From: Schmidtea polychroa
Lineage: Eukaryota
Assembly (NCBI GenBank): GCA_044892525.1
Contig: CM097886.1
Coordinates: 37,386,001-37,450,000 of the forward strand
Length of the DNA stretch: 64,000 nt
Direction: 5' to 3'
A program made the position numbers and the translations under genes. This document shows positions 56,201 to 64,000 of the stretch, one piece after another. Within the stretch, counting starts at the first letter, position 1; each line of letters begins with the position of its first letter. Below the pieces are notes generated by a model that saw only the letters and a list, made by a program, of their open reading frames with translations, was not told the DNA's origin and searched no databases.

Positions 56201-59200
56201 TGAAATCAGAATCCATCGCATCGCGAAGGTCGAAAATTCTGGAGTTCAAAGGCTTTGACTTGATAATGTTGACGATCGAGACGACTTGGTTGATGACAAT
56301 AAGAAGCTGCGAAGGAATTAACTTTGAAATTAAAGCTTCTCGGTGAATCATACAGTGTGTGATGGTGACTGAAGGGCTAACAAGACGAACCAAGGCCGCG
56401 AGTCCTTTCAACTTTACTTGCATACTTGGAGCGCCATCTGTACAAACTACGGCGCATTTCAGCCATTGAAGTTGATATTTCTTCACATTGTCATCAATCA
56501 AGTTGAAAATATCTCTTCCTGTGGTTGTATCAACTCCTGGCAAAACAAATATTGGTTCATTACTTCTATACCGTGAACGAACCTGGTGAATTTAATGAGC
56601 TATGCTTTCCCGCTGAGATCAGCGGTTTCATCAGCTTGCAGTGATCATAATTTAGAAAAACCCTCCTCCGAGCTCTGAAAATTCTCGATGATTTGAGATT
56701 CAATGTCGATTGATAGGTCTTGAATCCTTATTGTAATTGTGTTTGCTGACAATGGCACATTCTTCACATCCCATCATTGTGCTAACAATAATCGAAACTG
56801 CAGGAGCAGTAATTATTTCAGCTTCTGTGTGTGGTTTTCTTTTTTTCGTGAGTAAATAAGCTACTTGGAATCTTGCAATCTGAGCCTTTTCAGGAATCTT
56901 GCAGATATTTTTCATCTTAAACGCTTGTTTTTCGCTTTGTGCTCGCAGAGTTTCAAAATACTGTTTTGATTTTGAAGAGAGCTCCGTATGCTTAGTCTCC
57001 TTGTATCTAATCAATTTGTTGGGAACAATTGACGCATTTGACAATGTCTCATTACATTCCTGTCCATTTTCTCAGTCGCAAAGAATCCAAATTCGATGAA
57101 GTCTTCAGCATATTTTCTTTTATTTCCGATTTTTTTGATCACTGAATTTGGTGCTTTAACTGATTTTTTTGAACAAAATTTTATCCATCCTAATAAAAAA
57201 AAACTCGATTATATTTATTATTTACAATTTATAGAATAAAACTTACTTAAAACATGCAATTTTTCACTTGATAAATGACACAAATTGGAGGTTACTTCTT
57301 TACCTTAATGAAATAATGTTTTTTTTTGCATTTTTTAATCAAATTTATTGTTTCTTTTGTTTATGTTGTGTTTAAAATGACAATTTACATTTTTTGCAAA
57401 GTTTTTTTCCAAAATACAAGTTAAACAACTTAGAGAAAGAGAATATTTTTCTAGTCGCTTTCAATCACTTAAAATCACTTTTTGAAAATAAAATGAACGT
57501 TGAGATTAATAAAAAACAATCTCAGAGGAAGTTCCTGAGATTTTTTATCTGAAATTTTTGAATTTGTTTTAAAATCGGTAAAACGTAAAAAATATATAAA
57601 ATGTGGTTTGGAAAAGTCCGCAAATATTTTTTAAAGTAAAATTTTGATAAATAATTTGTTGAGACGTTGACTTATAAAGCATTTTGCTGGTTTACTCAAT
57701 CAATCAGGATCGATAACGCCTACGCGTTTTGGTTAATGTGTAATTTTATATTTTTGATTTAAATTCCAATTAATTTTATTGATCTATTTTTTGTTTTAAT
57801 TGTTCGTTTTTACTTCTATTTTTTCTGTTTTCTTCATTGACTGAACAATCGCCTTTTATATCAATCTTACCTCTTGAATAATTTGATATTTTTTGCTATT
57901 TGTGTCTTTGGCTATATTTTTGGAATATTCTGCATAAAATAGGTTTCTTGTGTAATTGCTTGGGCATATAAATACATTATTTTTGTTTTACTTTTTATTT
58001 AATTTTTTGTCATATTTATTTTTGTTTTTACTTGGTGTTTTTATTAAACTTAAATAATCTTAATGCGATTCCTATGTTGTATTGCTTCGTCACGATTATT
58101 CTCGATTTTATTAATAAGTTAATCTTTTTATGATGATTTTCTCCTAAGATTCTAATCATCATTCGCACGCTTCAGTCCAACACATTCAAGGGCTGCGACT
58201 GTAAGAAATAATCAAATCAAATGTATTGTAAATATTGATTAAATTCTGAAATTTATTAAAAAATACCCTTAAAAAATTTATAAAATATGATATTGATTCG
58301 AACATTGGACCAAGTATTATCACTAATCCAGGTGAAATTTTACCTTAAATTATGACTGAAATGGAAAATGCTACAATATGCGTAGCGTACTTGATACCAA
58401 GCAGCGATGAGACTCTGGAATCGAATGATAGAATTTCTTGCATCATCTGTTTCGTTGCTAACCTTTTCTACAACTTTATTTTAGTAAGCCGGAATCATCA
58501 TTATTGATTAGCATACTTTCTGTCATAGAATATTGATGTCTATCTGATGTGGCAATATTAATTAACTAGGTTTTTCTCGGGCGCCTACGGCGCCATTTTT
58601 CTTCAAAATCCGAAGTCCTTCACGTGAATCTTATTGCATGCGTTCGAATCAGTGTTTTCGAAAACCAAAAATTGGTATTAGTTCAGTAAAAAGAATGAGT
58701 AATTAATTTTCAGTTCAAAAGAATGATTTATTTATTACAAAATTTCTCTACACAATATTGCGCGTGAAAATATATGTGACTGTTTGAATTTCGAATTCCT
58801 TACGTTAGATAATAAACTAATAATAACTACTTATAATTGTTAATAATATAATTATAATTTTTTAAACATTGAGCGTTACAGAATTGGTGAGTGACTGACA
58901 TGGGCTTTTATATATAAGATAATCTACTCACTCTTGGTTTTTTGATATTCAATTATGATTTACAATAAATTTCAAATTTTCCGTTGGCGATAATAATGAG
59001 ACAGTTTAAAATTTTCAGCATAATGCTAATATAATGAAGTATATAACGAAAATGTTCTGAACACGACATTAATTTGATCAAATGAGAATCAAACACTGAA
59101 TTTGGATTGGTGATTCTTGAATCGAGTATCCAACTATGTATCCAACTATCATTGTTATCCAGATATCAGCCATTATGTGTTATTTGACTGCCAATAAATA

Positions 59201-60204
59201 AGTCAGATGAAAATGAAATGACTGACAGTAGAAACCCATTATTATGTGAAAATTAATAAATAATTGATGAATCACAAAATATGAATAATAAACCCATTAA
59301 TTATGTGAAGCGATAAAATCCCATCATTGAAAAATTTTCAAAATTTTTTTATATAAAAGATATAAAAAGAGGATTTCCTCTAAAATATTAATTAATTAAT
59401 TTTTTTAACAAATTAATAAGAAGCCTCGAAAAGCTAAGTAATTATTAATGAATTCACAAAATTCTTTATTAGAACGATTCATAACACTAAAGATATGAAC
59501 AAAATCTCAAATCCACATAAAGCTGAAACAAAATAGCTAAACAAAATATAAAGTCTTCAAAAATATATAATTTAAAATGGATGAGAGCTTCCTAGGAGAG
59601 TCTAGAAGCGAAAATTAAATAAAGTTAATTAATTAACCTCAATAATAATTCAATAATCTCGGGAATGTCAGTCAAAGTGAGTTGTAAAGGGGAGATTTTT
59701 TTACCGAAATTATATTAAATCATGAACTACTTATTTTACTTTTTTAAAATAGCCTGATAAAATGACTTTAAACTTTAAATTGATTCAACTCAACACAAAC
59801 TACAAAAATGTTACAGTGTAACAGTTGGTGTTCGGAGTTTTTGTATTGAAAGTCTTGTCATAGTTTTTAATTGTTATTTATTACGGCGTTTATTTTGTTA
59901 ATGAATTTAAAATCAGGAATTTGGCTCTCAAGCCCTCAGTGATGGTAGAATAGCGCTATATTACGCGAACTTGGATGCAAAAAATGATGAGGCAGTTAAC
60001 TATCCATTCAATCCAAATGGCTCAGTTGCCAATATTGCAGGATTATGTTCCAAAGATGGTCGGCATTTAGCAATTATGCCCCATCCTGAACGCAGTTTCC
60101 TGTGGTGGCAATGGGCATATACGGGAGATTTGGATCTTTCTACTGAAGTTTCACCGTGGATGTGCATTTTTAATAGTGCTTATGAATGGGTTGAAAAGCT
60201 TTAA
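6515..60204 (+). CDS. PFAS: Phosphoribosylformylglycinamidine synthase (FGAM synthase), 15-exon gene, about 1331 aa
   Basis: All exons join in frame through GT-AG introns. Motifs [112 protein letters not shown]; glutaminase GVCNGCQ and MPHPER. Length matches eukaryotic large-type PurL. Confidence 0.96.
7068..7266. other. Assembly gap (N run)
   Basis: Run of N. Confidence 1.
7339..7375 (+). ncRNA. Minimal type I hammerhead ribozyme motif, copy 1 (Penelope-like-element type)
   Basis: AUUCAC-UUGAAAA-A-GGC agu GCC-GAA-AAUU-C-GUGAGU: 6-bp stem I, 3-bp stem II, palindromic stem III, predicted UUC cleavage triplet ending at 7369. Confidence 0.65.
7504..9825 (+). mobile_element. hAT DNA transposon, SPIN/GTF2IRD2-like, degenerate transposase
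   Basis: TIRs CAGTGGTGTCAAAC / GTTTGACATCCCTG; 8-bp TSD ttctaggt/ttctaggc (7/8). Broken ORF from about 7972 with [54 protein letters not shown]-like remnants. Confidence 0.9.
10631..10845. mobile_element. pogo/Tigger-type MITE (215 bp)
   Basis: About 26-bp TIR CCGTATTAGCCCGAATATAACGCGAC / GTCGCGTTATATTCGGCCTAATACGG, flanked by TA on both sides. Confidence 0.85.
11606..11800 (+). CDS. PFAS: PFAS exon 2
   Basis: ISHIYHF...[17 protein letters not shown]...KALED; missed by the ORF track. Confidence 0.85.
11849..12031 (+). CDS. PFAS: PFAS exon 3
   Basis: [14 protein letters not shown]...[15 protein letters not shown]; donor gtgagt. Confidence 0.92.
12057..12249. other. Assembly gap (N run)
   Basis: Run of N. 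Confidence 1.
12250..13320 (+). mobile_element. Penelope-like retroelement reverse transcriptase relic
   Basis: [74 protein letters not shown] across frameshifted ORFs. Confidence 0.88.
13914..14141. mobile_element. pogo/Tigger-type MITE (228 bp)
   Basis: TIR CCGTATATTTCGGCGTATAAGACGACC / GGTCGCCTTATACGCCGAAATATACGG with TA TSD. Confidence 0.87.
15201..15343 (+). CDS. PFAS: PFAS exon 4
   Basis: [32 protein letters not shown]...; phase-2 donor at 15344. Confidence 0.88.
15393..16061. mobile_element. Tigger-like non-autonomous element (669 bp)
   Basis: TIR CACCAATCCCTCGAATTACGCGG / CCGCATAAATCGAGGTATTGGTG, TA TSD, repeated subterminal CGATTTACGCG motifs, internal transposase-tail-like remnant. 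Confidence 0.8.
18282..18699 (+). CDS. PFAS: PFAS exon 5
   Basis: [28 protein letters not shown]...[11 protein letters not shown]. Confidence 0.93.
19209..19281. repeat. (AT)n microsatellite
   Basis: About 36 perfect AT units. Confidence 0.98.
21027..23616 (+). mobile_element. hAT transposon, Buster/ZBED5-SCAND3-like, full length (2590 bp)
   Basis: TIRs CAGCGGTTCCCAAA / TTTGGGAACCCCTG; perfect 8-bp TSD TCTTAAAT on both sides; subterminal GTGGGTCGCGA repeats. Confidence 0.95.
21564..23396 (+). CDS. hAT (Buster-type) transposase, 610 aa, C-terminal frameshift near 23390
   Basis: BED-like CVIC...[42 protein letters not shown]. The expected tail ([24 protein letters not shown]) continues in another frame to about 23478. 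Confidence 0.9.
   Translation: MDKWLKNTPGKNQTIENEKEKEGSVATKTDNKRKFGENPSTSSQSSKRGKRKYDSEYLKFGFTWNRKEDDPRPQCVICQEILANESMRPNKLIRHFETKHSDLKNKPIDYFKTKLQELNNSKNLFSRFISINEKAMFASYLISLRIAQSGKPHTIGESLVLPAIKDAVGIMFGEQSLKEVESIPLSNNTVARRIDEMSEWVENKLIHRIQVSGLFALQLDESTDVQGLSQLIIFIRFIWCNEFFEDILFCEPIIRGTGEIIFDTLDTYITLKKLDWKNCVGICSDGAKAMCGAVTRCLQKCPNATWTHCTIHREALVSKNIPKSLNTVLTTAIKIVNFIKSKPLQSRLFQKLCEEMGSLHKSLLLHTEVRWLSKGKVLTRLVELREEVAIYLHEHKQDEYTSNLRDVKYVVLLTYLADIFSKLNDLNLQLQGTNGIDIFSVHGKIKAFTKKLMLWKNNVQENKYDCFDTFQTFIIENEVTPNNDLISLIIEHLDRLKENFDFYFYGEMKNLEKYTWVQNPFQSGLVTGISTIADEELIELFEDSVVKLHFDGTKLLQFWLSVQNTYPTLHTAALKVLLPFTTYYLCEVAFSSMIAIKNKYRNKLQLSNSA
24589..24644. repeat. Compound (AC)n(AT)n microsatellite
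   Basis: Directly visible. Confidence 0.95.
24862..25200 (+). CDS. PFAS: PFAS exon 6
   Basis: [18 protein letters not shown]...[15 protein letters not shown]. Confidence 0.93.
25667..26041 (-). CDS. Unknown antisense ORF / exon-like segment in PFAS intron 6 (124 aa)
   Basis: Open frame with acidic, helical-looking composition, preceded by a plausible tttttag acceptor near 26050; no family recognised. Confidence 0.3.
   Translation of the reverse strand: MMLEFMKVSLESTDDLMCYLNDRKNYNEVDLLVETIEEISLDKRFELVSRIYEALSPVLTEPSNAYLEYNLRIFIMNGQVESSGGTLNLDLIFQQIIVFNEQLISALHKNLSFCVENEALGVLQ
26980..27115 (+). ncRNA. Minimal hammerhead motif copy 2 (26980-27016) heading an about 135-nt dispersed repeat
   Basis: The 37-nt motif is identical to copy 1; the downstream 100 nt is near-identical to copy 3. 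Confidence 0.65.
27134..27249. mobile_element. Tigger-type MITE (116 bp)
   Basis: TIR CAGTTAACCCTCCTACAACGCGG / CCGCGTTGTAGGAGGGTTGCCTG, TA TSD. Confidence 0.85.
27723..27763. repeat. (AT)n microsatellite
   Basis: Directly visible. Confidence 0.95.
27979..28308 (+). CDS. PFAS: PFAS exon 7
   Basis: [20 protein letters not shown]...VLGKMPKK...; donor gtaagt. Confidence 0.92.
29600..30100 (+). mobile_element. Highly degenerate Ty3/gypsy RT relic
   Basis: Remnants resembling (Y)[14 protein letters not shown] and KCHF..KEVKFL(G)HII. Confidence 0.55.
30242..30375 (+). ncRNA. Minimal hammerhead motif copy 3 (30242-30278) heading an about 135-nt dispersed repeat
   Basis: The 37-nt motif is identical to copies 1 and 2. 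Confidence 0.65.
30383..31710 (+). mobile_element. Internally deleted hAT element with TAGGGTTGCCA termini (1328 bp)
   Basis: TIR TAGGGTTGCCAACT / AGTTGGCAACCCTA; perfect 8-bp TSD GTTTTTAT. Retains only the transposase C-terminus (30740-31342, [22 protein letters not shown]). Confidence 0.92.
31941..32153 (+). CDS. PFAS: PFAS exon 8
   Basis: [41 protein letters not shown]...GEQPIK. Confidence 0.93.
32199..32564 (+). CDS. PFAS: PFAS exon 9
   Basis: [14 protein letters not shown]...[10 protein letters not shown]...VTPDLK. Confidence 0.92.
32604..32811 (+). CDS. PFAS: PFAS exon 10
   Basis: [11 protein letters not shown]...[20 protein letters not shown]. Confidence 0.92.
32911..33173 (+). CDS. 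PFAS: PFAS exon 11
   Basis: GNVGIDVKI...[12 protein letters not shown]; donor gtaagt. Confidence 0.88.
33260..34530 (-). mobile_element. IS630-Tc1-type (DD34E) transposon relic with inverted subterminal repeat arrays
   Basis: Three consecutive minus ORFs: HTH (34432-34151), 34161-33895, and DDE_3-like VMDNVSFH...[12 protein letters not shown] (34 residues between D and E). About 20-nt ATTCATYAATTAAAA units on the right, inverted copies on the left. Confidence 0.85.
35851..36129 (+). CDS. PFAS: PFAS exon 12
   Basis: [19 protein letters not shown]...[15 protein letters not shown]...WDVTMQ. Confidence 0.92.
36175..36388 (+). CDS. PFAS: PFAS exon 13
   Basis: [19 protein letters not shown]...[10 protein letters not shown] (catalytic Cys); missed by the ORF track. 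Confidence 0.92.
36446..36944 (+). mobile_element. Helentron-associated non-autonomous element (HINE/DINE-1-like)
   Basis: 5' ACTAGCTGTTGTACCCGGCTTCGCCCG, internal CGGACAGACA, 3' AAACAAACAAACTTTCATCTTTATATATTAGAT. Confidence 0.7.
38635..38843 (+). CDS. PFAS: PFAS exon 14
   Basis: [10 protein letters not shown]...[12 protein letters not shown]. Confidence 0.92.
39476..40249 (-). mobile_element. Merlin/IS1595(ISXO2)-like transposon, internally deleted
   Basis: TIR GGATCATGAA / TTCATGATCC; flanks caaattct/aaaatttt (6/8). Minus [18 protein letters not shown]...[13 protein letters not shown] carries the D(E) and HTQ-ES motifs. Confidence 0.8.
40600..42160 (+). mobile_element. Chapaev3-like (CMC) DNA transposon relic
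   Basis: [88 protein letters not shown] in broken frames; family assignment from memory of the motif set. Confidence 0.7.
44016..44488. mobile_element. hAT-type MITE (473 bp) inserted in the gypsy relic, with an internal (TA)n array at about 44074-44133
   Basis: TIR CAGTGGCGTA / TACGCCACTG, GC-rich subterminal GCGCCYGGGG motifs; no intact 8-bp TSD. Confidence 0.82.
44487..44755. repeat. Foldback inverted duplication: 130-bp arms, 9-nt loop
   Basis: 44487-44616 is the reverse complement of 44626-44755; loop CATCTTATC. The ORF track shows mirror-image peptides. Confidence 0.95.
45802..46290 (+). mobile_element. mariner relic (left TIR and degenerate N-terminal transposase)
   Basis: TA+CGTGGTGCGTTCAAGAAGTACCCGGACT terminus; remnants like [13 protein letters not shown] and [12 protein letters not shown]. 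Confidence 0.6.
49057..49374. repeat. (ATT)n microsatellite cluster (49057-49138 and 49294-49374, degenerate between)
   Basis: Directly visible. Confidence 0.95.
50026..52952 (-). mobile_element. Apparently intact autonomous hAT transposon (hobo/Ac-like), 2927 bp
   Basis: TIRs TAGGGCTTGCAA / TTGCAAGCCCTA; perfect 8-bp TSD GTGTGTAT; clusters of ACCGGT/TTACCG subterminal motifs at both ends. Confidence 0.96.
50290..52248 (-). CDS. hAT transposase, 652 aa, uninterrupted
   Basis: BED finger CNSC...[38 protein letters not shown]; ATG to stop with no break. Confidence 0.95.
   Translation of the reverse strand: MRKNLIWTYFKETNKNEAVCNSCAKPIKCVGGSTSGLHAHLKSQHKINLLKRKDDESDMASSSQITNKVIASTTNNNISNFFIKKVDDSLPAVLARLTAKDNIPFYRVATSYDIRVLIKAKYYKEVPRSSHTIKKIVMDYGDKIRKQVVEDLSNRKSNNSVFSLTFDEWTSVKNRRYMNINVHVNDRFWNLGLVRVHGSMPADKCITLLQNKLNEFKLTLDNIFSITTDGASVMKKVGSLINANHQLCLAHGIQLAVINVLYRKKDMSDIHIEEVSIVDETETDLESEEGISEEDEVGFEVINTVPTCIDVQHEEISPLITKIRKVVVLFRRSPTKNDNLQKHIKEEFNKELSLIIDSKTRWNSLCAMLERFCEVESAIRKSLIDIKSELSFSENEVVLLKNIIASLQPVKLAVEALCREDVNLYVSDITMKFMLDELSVQNTLLSKELKESLIIRIKERRNICADILHYLHDPNVINVRIRNDDDNYEIFYKTTKPLIIKKIVELIERFTLNEESETEISDSETCTSDERATPSTSASPALTMKEKLQLTIQQKMNKSNLESTRPKSPKGKGLANIIKKEMDFFQEQNIRGKYLEKAFQMLLTVRPTSVESERAFSAAGLICTKLRSSLNDNTLNTMCFLRQYFNQKQELK
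53203..53263. repeat. Compound (ATT)n(GTT)n microsatellite
   Basis: Directly visible. Confidence 0.93.
55201..57250 (-). mobile_element. Degenerate hAT Buster/SCAND3-like transposon, one end retained
   Basis: Terminus CAGTGTTCTCCAAAC at 55201. Broken transposase from ATG 57188 to about 55407: [54 protein letters not shown]. Confidence 0.88.
58563..58920 (+). mobile_element. Second HINE-like non-autonomous element (different family)
   Basis: 5' ACTAGGTTTTTCTCGGGCGCCTACGGCGCC hairpin; 3' GTGAGTGACTGACA...TTTTATATATAAGAT. Confidence 0.6.
59917..60204 (+). CDS. PFAS: PFAS exon 15 (terminal)
   Basis: YPFNPNGS...[20 protein letters not shown]...SPWMCIF; TAA. Confidence 0.93.
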   Translation, partial: EFGSQALSDGRIALYYANLDAKNDEAVNYPFNPNGSVANIAGLCSKDGRHLAIMPHPERSFLWWQWAYTGDLDLSTEVSPWMCIFNSAYEWVEKL

Positions 60205-61539
60205 AGTAGAATATTTTTTTTATTAGTCCAGTCTATTAGTCAAATTTTCTATGTATTTTCCTATTTATTACATTCTTTTTATGAATGTTTTGATTTTTAA
60301 TAAAGTATTCTTGAGTTCTGAAATGATTTTATTATGTTTTTCACACTTTGTTTGGAAAATTTTCAAGTGATAGGATAAACTAAATTAATGGTGTATAATT
60401 AATTAATATGAAGACTATAAAATGTTTTGGGATATTTTGAGATACATAAATAATTCAGCTTTTCATTTTTTAAGATGTGTGAGATAGCGTTGAGTCGCAG
60501 ATACTCCATATTTTACTTTAACGAGTTATAAATAATGCAACCCAGAATACAATGATTGCTGTCATTCGACACCCCTTGAATGATCAATGTTGGAACTTTA
60601 TCTGATTTGTGATTACTCGGATGGCGTCCTTTGTTGACTTAACTGCTTGTGTTGAAACCTAACTATTTGAGATTCTCAACGTTGCACTGGTGACTATATA
60701 GGTCTATCTAATATGAAAGCAAAGTCGGGTTAGTAAAATATTTATTTCAAAACACAAAATATATACCAATATAAACATCGTTTAAAAATGATTCCACTGA
60801 AAAGAATGATGCGTGTAATATGTTATGTATGTGTGTTGTGTTGCTTGTGGAGTTTGAACGATTCTGTTGTGTCTTGTTCGATATTAAAAACTAATAAGGA
60901 TTTTCCTTTTTTAGTTTACTGTAGAAGTGGTAAAGATTTTTGAGCAACCACTACTGATTTTAGGTCCCTATTTATAATATTTTTCATGTGCGTTAACATG
61001 TGGAAATTTTATTTATTTAAAGCATTAACATATGTCGTTGTATTGATTAATTATTTTGCTGTTATTTTTTCTACTATTATTATTACTATAAAAAATTAAT
61101 AAAAATTTAATTATTATTATTATTGTCAATACACCTGTTACATTCAAATTTTTGCTCAATCCGAGCTGTTATTTACCTTATTCCTAAAGATTAAAAATTG
61201 TTTAAAGTTATTATTATTTTATAAATTTAGTCTTGAACTTTCCCTTTTTAAAATATATAATTAAGTGTTCACTGATAAATATATTAAAACAAAAAAATAA
61301 ACCACCGATAAATAAAGTATTTACAATAAAATGGTAAGGACATCGATATTATATCCATGAAATAGATTGTTCATTAATATCACATATTATACATGAGTTA
61401 ACACGAGTTAATACAAATAAATTGTTTATTGAATAGATTTGATGCTGTGATTGAATTGGATGGATTGGATTGAATTGCCTGCTTCTGCCATTTTTTTCAT
61501 CTGCATTCCGCATATATATTTACTCTGTATCTACACCTA

Positions 61540-61761
61540 ACTGCGAAATATAACATTATCTATAATCTAAAAAAAAATCAATAAATATATATTATAGGAA
61601 CACACAAACTTACCTGTGTGTAGAAATTTAATGCTGCGAATTTTAACATATTTATTATAGGAATCTAAAAAGTGAGAGAAAATAATTAAGCATACAAGCA
61701 CAGCACACATAATGAAAAATACATACAAAATTAAGTAGTGTTTTTCATGCGAAATATACAT
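61540..61761 (-). CDS. Candidate small hydrophobic-peptide exon with a downstream mini-intron; diverged copy at about 9830-10060
   Basis: YLILYVFFIMCAVLVCLIIFSHFL... ends at CACACAG|GTAAGTTTGT; a homologous exon and intron occur in PFAS intron 1. Confidence 0.3.
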
Positions 61762-63599
61762 TGATTAACATATAATTAACATATCAATATTTTCAAATTA
61801 TTTAAAAAGTTATGTGCAAAAAAACTTTTGAATCAGATTCTGACTGCTCTACCTTGAGTTTTAGGGAAAAAGAAGTAAATACATCGTAAGATTTAATTAT
61901 AAAATAATTTAGAATATAAAATTTCTTTAGATTTACAGATATTGAAGAAGATCCTTCGACATCTTTGAATTTGCAGGAACAAAATCGCAAATCGTAAATT
62001 TTAATAAATTATTTTAACAAATTAATATTTTCATAGAATTACAGAAAAAGACAAAATTCGAAAGAAGATTACAAAAACTTAAAAAATATTTTATCCATTC
62101 TTTACTAAATGTCTTTAAAAAATAAATGTTTGGTGATTACTTTACTTATTTATAATTATAAAAATATCTAACTTACATTTTTACGAAATAAATCCAAATA
62201 AATCCAAATAAAATACCATAAAATTCCTAAAAAAACACCTGAAATTTAATTATCAATGTTATATATTATCAATATTATAAAGCTGACTAACAGTAATATT
62301 TAAGAACTTGAATAATGATCTCATAATTATATAAAATCAAAATTCAAGTCCTAAAAATTACTTAAATTCAAAAACTTACCTTAAAACGATTTTTGAAAAA
62401 TTGAAAAAATGAAATTAAGTTAACATTGTCATATAATTGGTGACTCACCTCAGGTGGTGTGCACACCAACGTATATTATAGACAATGTTAACTTTCGCAG
62501 TTAGGTGTATTAGCTCCTGTTCTGTAACACTTTGTGAGCTCGAAATTTTCGATGACTCTCCCTCTGTCATTCAACACTTGCATTTGTGTCAGTAGTGCGT
62601 AGTGCAGAGTGGGTTTCTCCTTTAAGACTGTCATGGGTAGCCCTCTTGTTGGGTTGATTCTGGTACACTGATTAGCTCCACCGTAACGGTTTGTCATATT
62701 TACGCGGTATCAGCGATTTCGGACATTGATTCACACTTTGCCACACACGATGGTCCACTGTGACTCTTATTGGTCTTGTTCGCCAATCTACCTTTCTATC
62801 TCAAATTCAATTCTCCTCTTCACACTTGCACATTGTTCATTCATCGCTTCTTCATTCACCCATCACAACGATCCATCGACTCACTCAGTCATATCACATC
62901 GCCCTCTCTCACCGAGTTTCACCCATGGATGACTCGCCCCTTGACTCTGAAGATTTTTAATTTATTTTATGTACTCGTTCATTCTGGACATCGACATCAT
63001 TACATATGCTCGATCAAATCAATTTTCTTGAGATATTTTGGATAATAAAATCTTTGAATTTAAAATAATGCTGTATCCTAATGCAATATCATACACAAAC
63101 ATGCTGAAAGATATATTTAAAATGCATTATCCGTGAATTAAGAAAATTAATTTAATTAAAAACAGGCCGATGAATAAATTAATGTTTAAATATTAGACCA
63201 CATTTTATTTTTTGGATGATGATTGCTTTTTTAGTTCGAGCAATTTAAATGGTCTTCTTTAGCTTCACTTGTATTCCTAAATTGATTGTGATTGTTCAGT
63301 AATTATAGACTTGAAGTGTTTGGATCTACGAATTCAACACGCGTGATTACCTAATCACCTAATTTCCGAATCTAAATCACTTGAAATACTATTAGATTGT
63401 TTAAAATTTAGCCGACACGATTTTTTATGTTCTCTGAAGAGCTTCAACTGCAAAATTTTCAAAAGTAAGTCCTCGGCATGAAATATGAACTAGCAATATA
63501 TGTACCGTTCATTGCTAGTTATGGCAGAACCGGACAAAAACCAAGGAGAGAAGTGTTAGAAAATCAACATACTATCGACAACGCCTTCTGAATCTTCAT

Positions 63600-63730
63600 G
63601 CACCGATTTCGAGCATGAGACCAAATAGCTTGGCAGTATATTAGTAATAAGTTCCCCTTTTCCTAATCTATTCGAGGCGTCAGACGGTTGCAGCTTATTC
63701 GTGACGCTCCCCTATAATGCATGTATTAAT
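63600..63730 (+). mobile_element. Possible non-LTR (RTE-like) RT fragment
   Basis: CGAGGCGTCAGACGGTTGCAGCTTA resembles RGVRQGCSL with a 1-nt loss; short and degenerate. Confidence 0.3.
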
Positions 63731-64000
63731 TAAAGTTGAATTTGGTTAAGAGGATAATATCTAAACCTACGCCGGATTAATTCTTGTTTCAGGCATTTCG
63801 ATTCTTGATTTTCTAGAACTTGTTATGTTGTCTTTATTTTATTATACTGAGTTTAGTGTGGTTTAACCGAGACTATTATAGTTTATGTTTTACGGGTACC
63901 CAAATTCAGCAAATTATCTCTAGACGTATTCAACGTCGATATAATATACTGTTTTACAAAATCATTAAATATTATTGTTTTCGAGGAATTTATCAAAACG

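Noticed and set aside
57750-58550. Coding-like Lys-rich minus-strand segment
   Set aside because: Multiple stops, no consistent splice phases, no recognisable motif
6863-59916. Global orientation bias of TEs relative to PFAS
   Set aside because: Sense and antisense relics are about equally common across the whole gene
1-64000. CRISPR array, prokaryotic operon or defence system, rRNA or tRNA
   Set aside because: No regularly spaced repeats or structural RNA signatures seen; the genes are spliced and eukaryotic

Overview
Very AT-rich eukaryotic (animal-type) genomic DNA with GT-AG spliceosomal introns and two scaffold gaps; no prokaryotic operon, CRISPR array, rRNA or tRNA was found. Two host genes can be fully reconstructed on the + strand. 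FNTA (farnesyl/geranylgeranyl-transferase alpha) has 4 exons at 2175-5261, about 333 aa. PFAS/FGAM synthase has 15 exons at 6515-60204, about 1331 aa, with catalytic motifs intact. PFAS introns are strictly bimodal: 39-99 nt or 2.2-21 kb. The large introns hold many transposon types: five hAT lineages (one apparently intact, one near-intact, several with 8-bp TSDs), IS630-Tc1, mariner, pogo/Tigger MITEs, Merlin, Chapaev-like, Helentron-type HINEs, Ty3/gypsy and Penelope-like relics. The most unusual signal is three sense-strand copies of a minimal type I hammerhead ribozyme motif (U3-A8 core variant, palindromic AAUU stem III) in PFAS introns, two of which flank exon 7. Also notable are a perfect 130-bp-arm foldback next to a MITE, a less AT-rich orphan ORF split by one TGA, and candidate nested antisense coding segments. 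The taxon cannot be determined from the sequence (myxozoan, planarian or similar AT-rich invertebrate are guesses). All calls are by eye; no searches were run.
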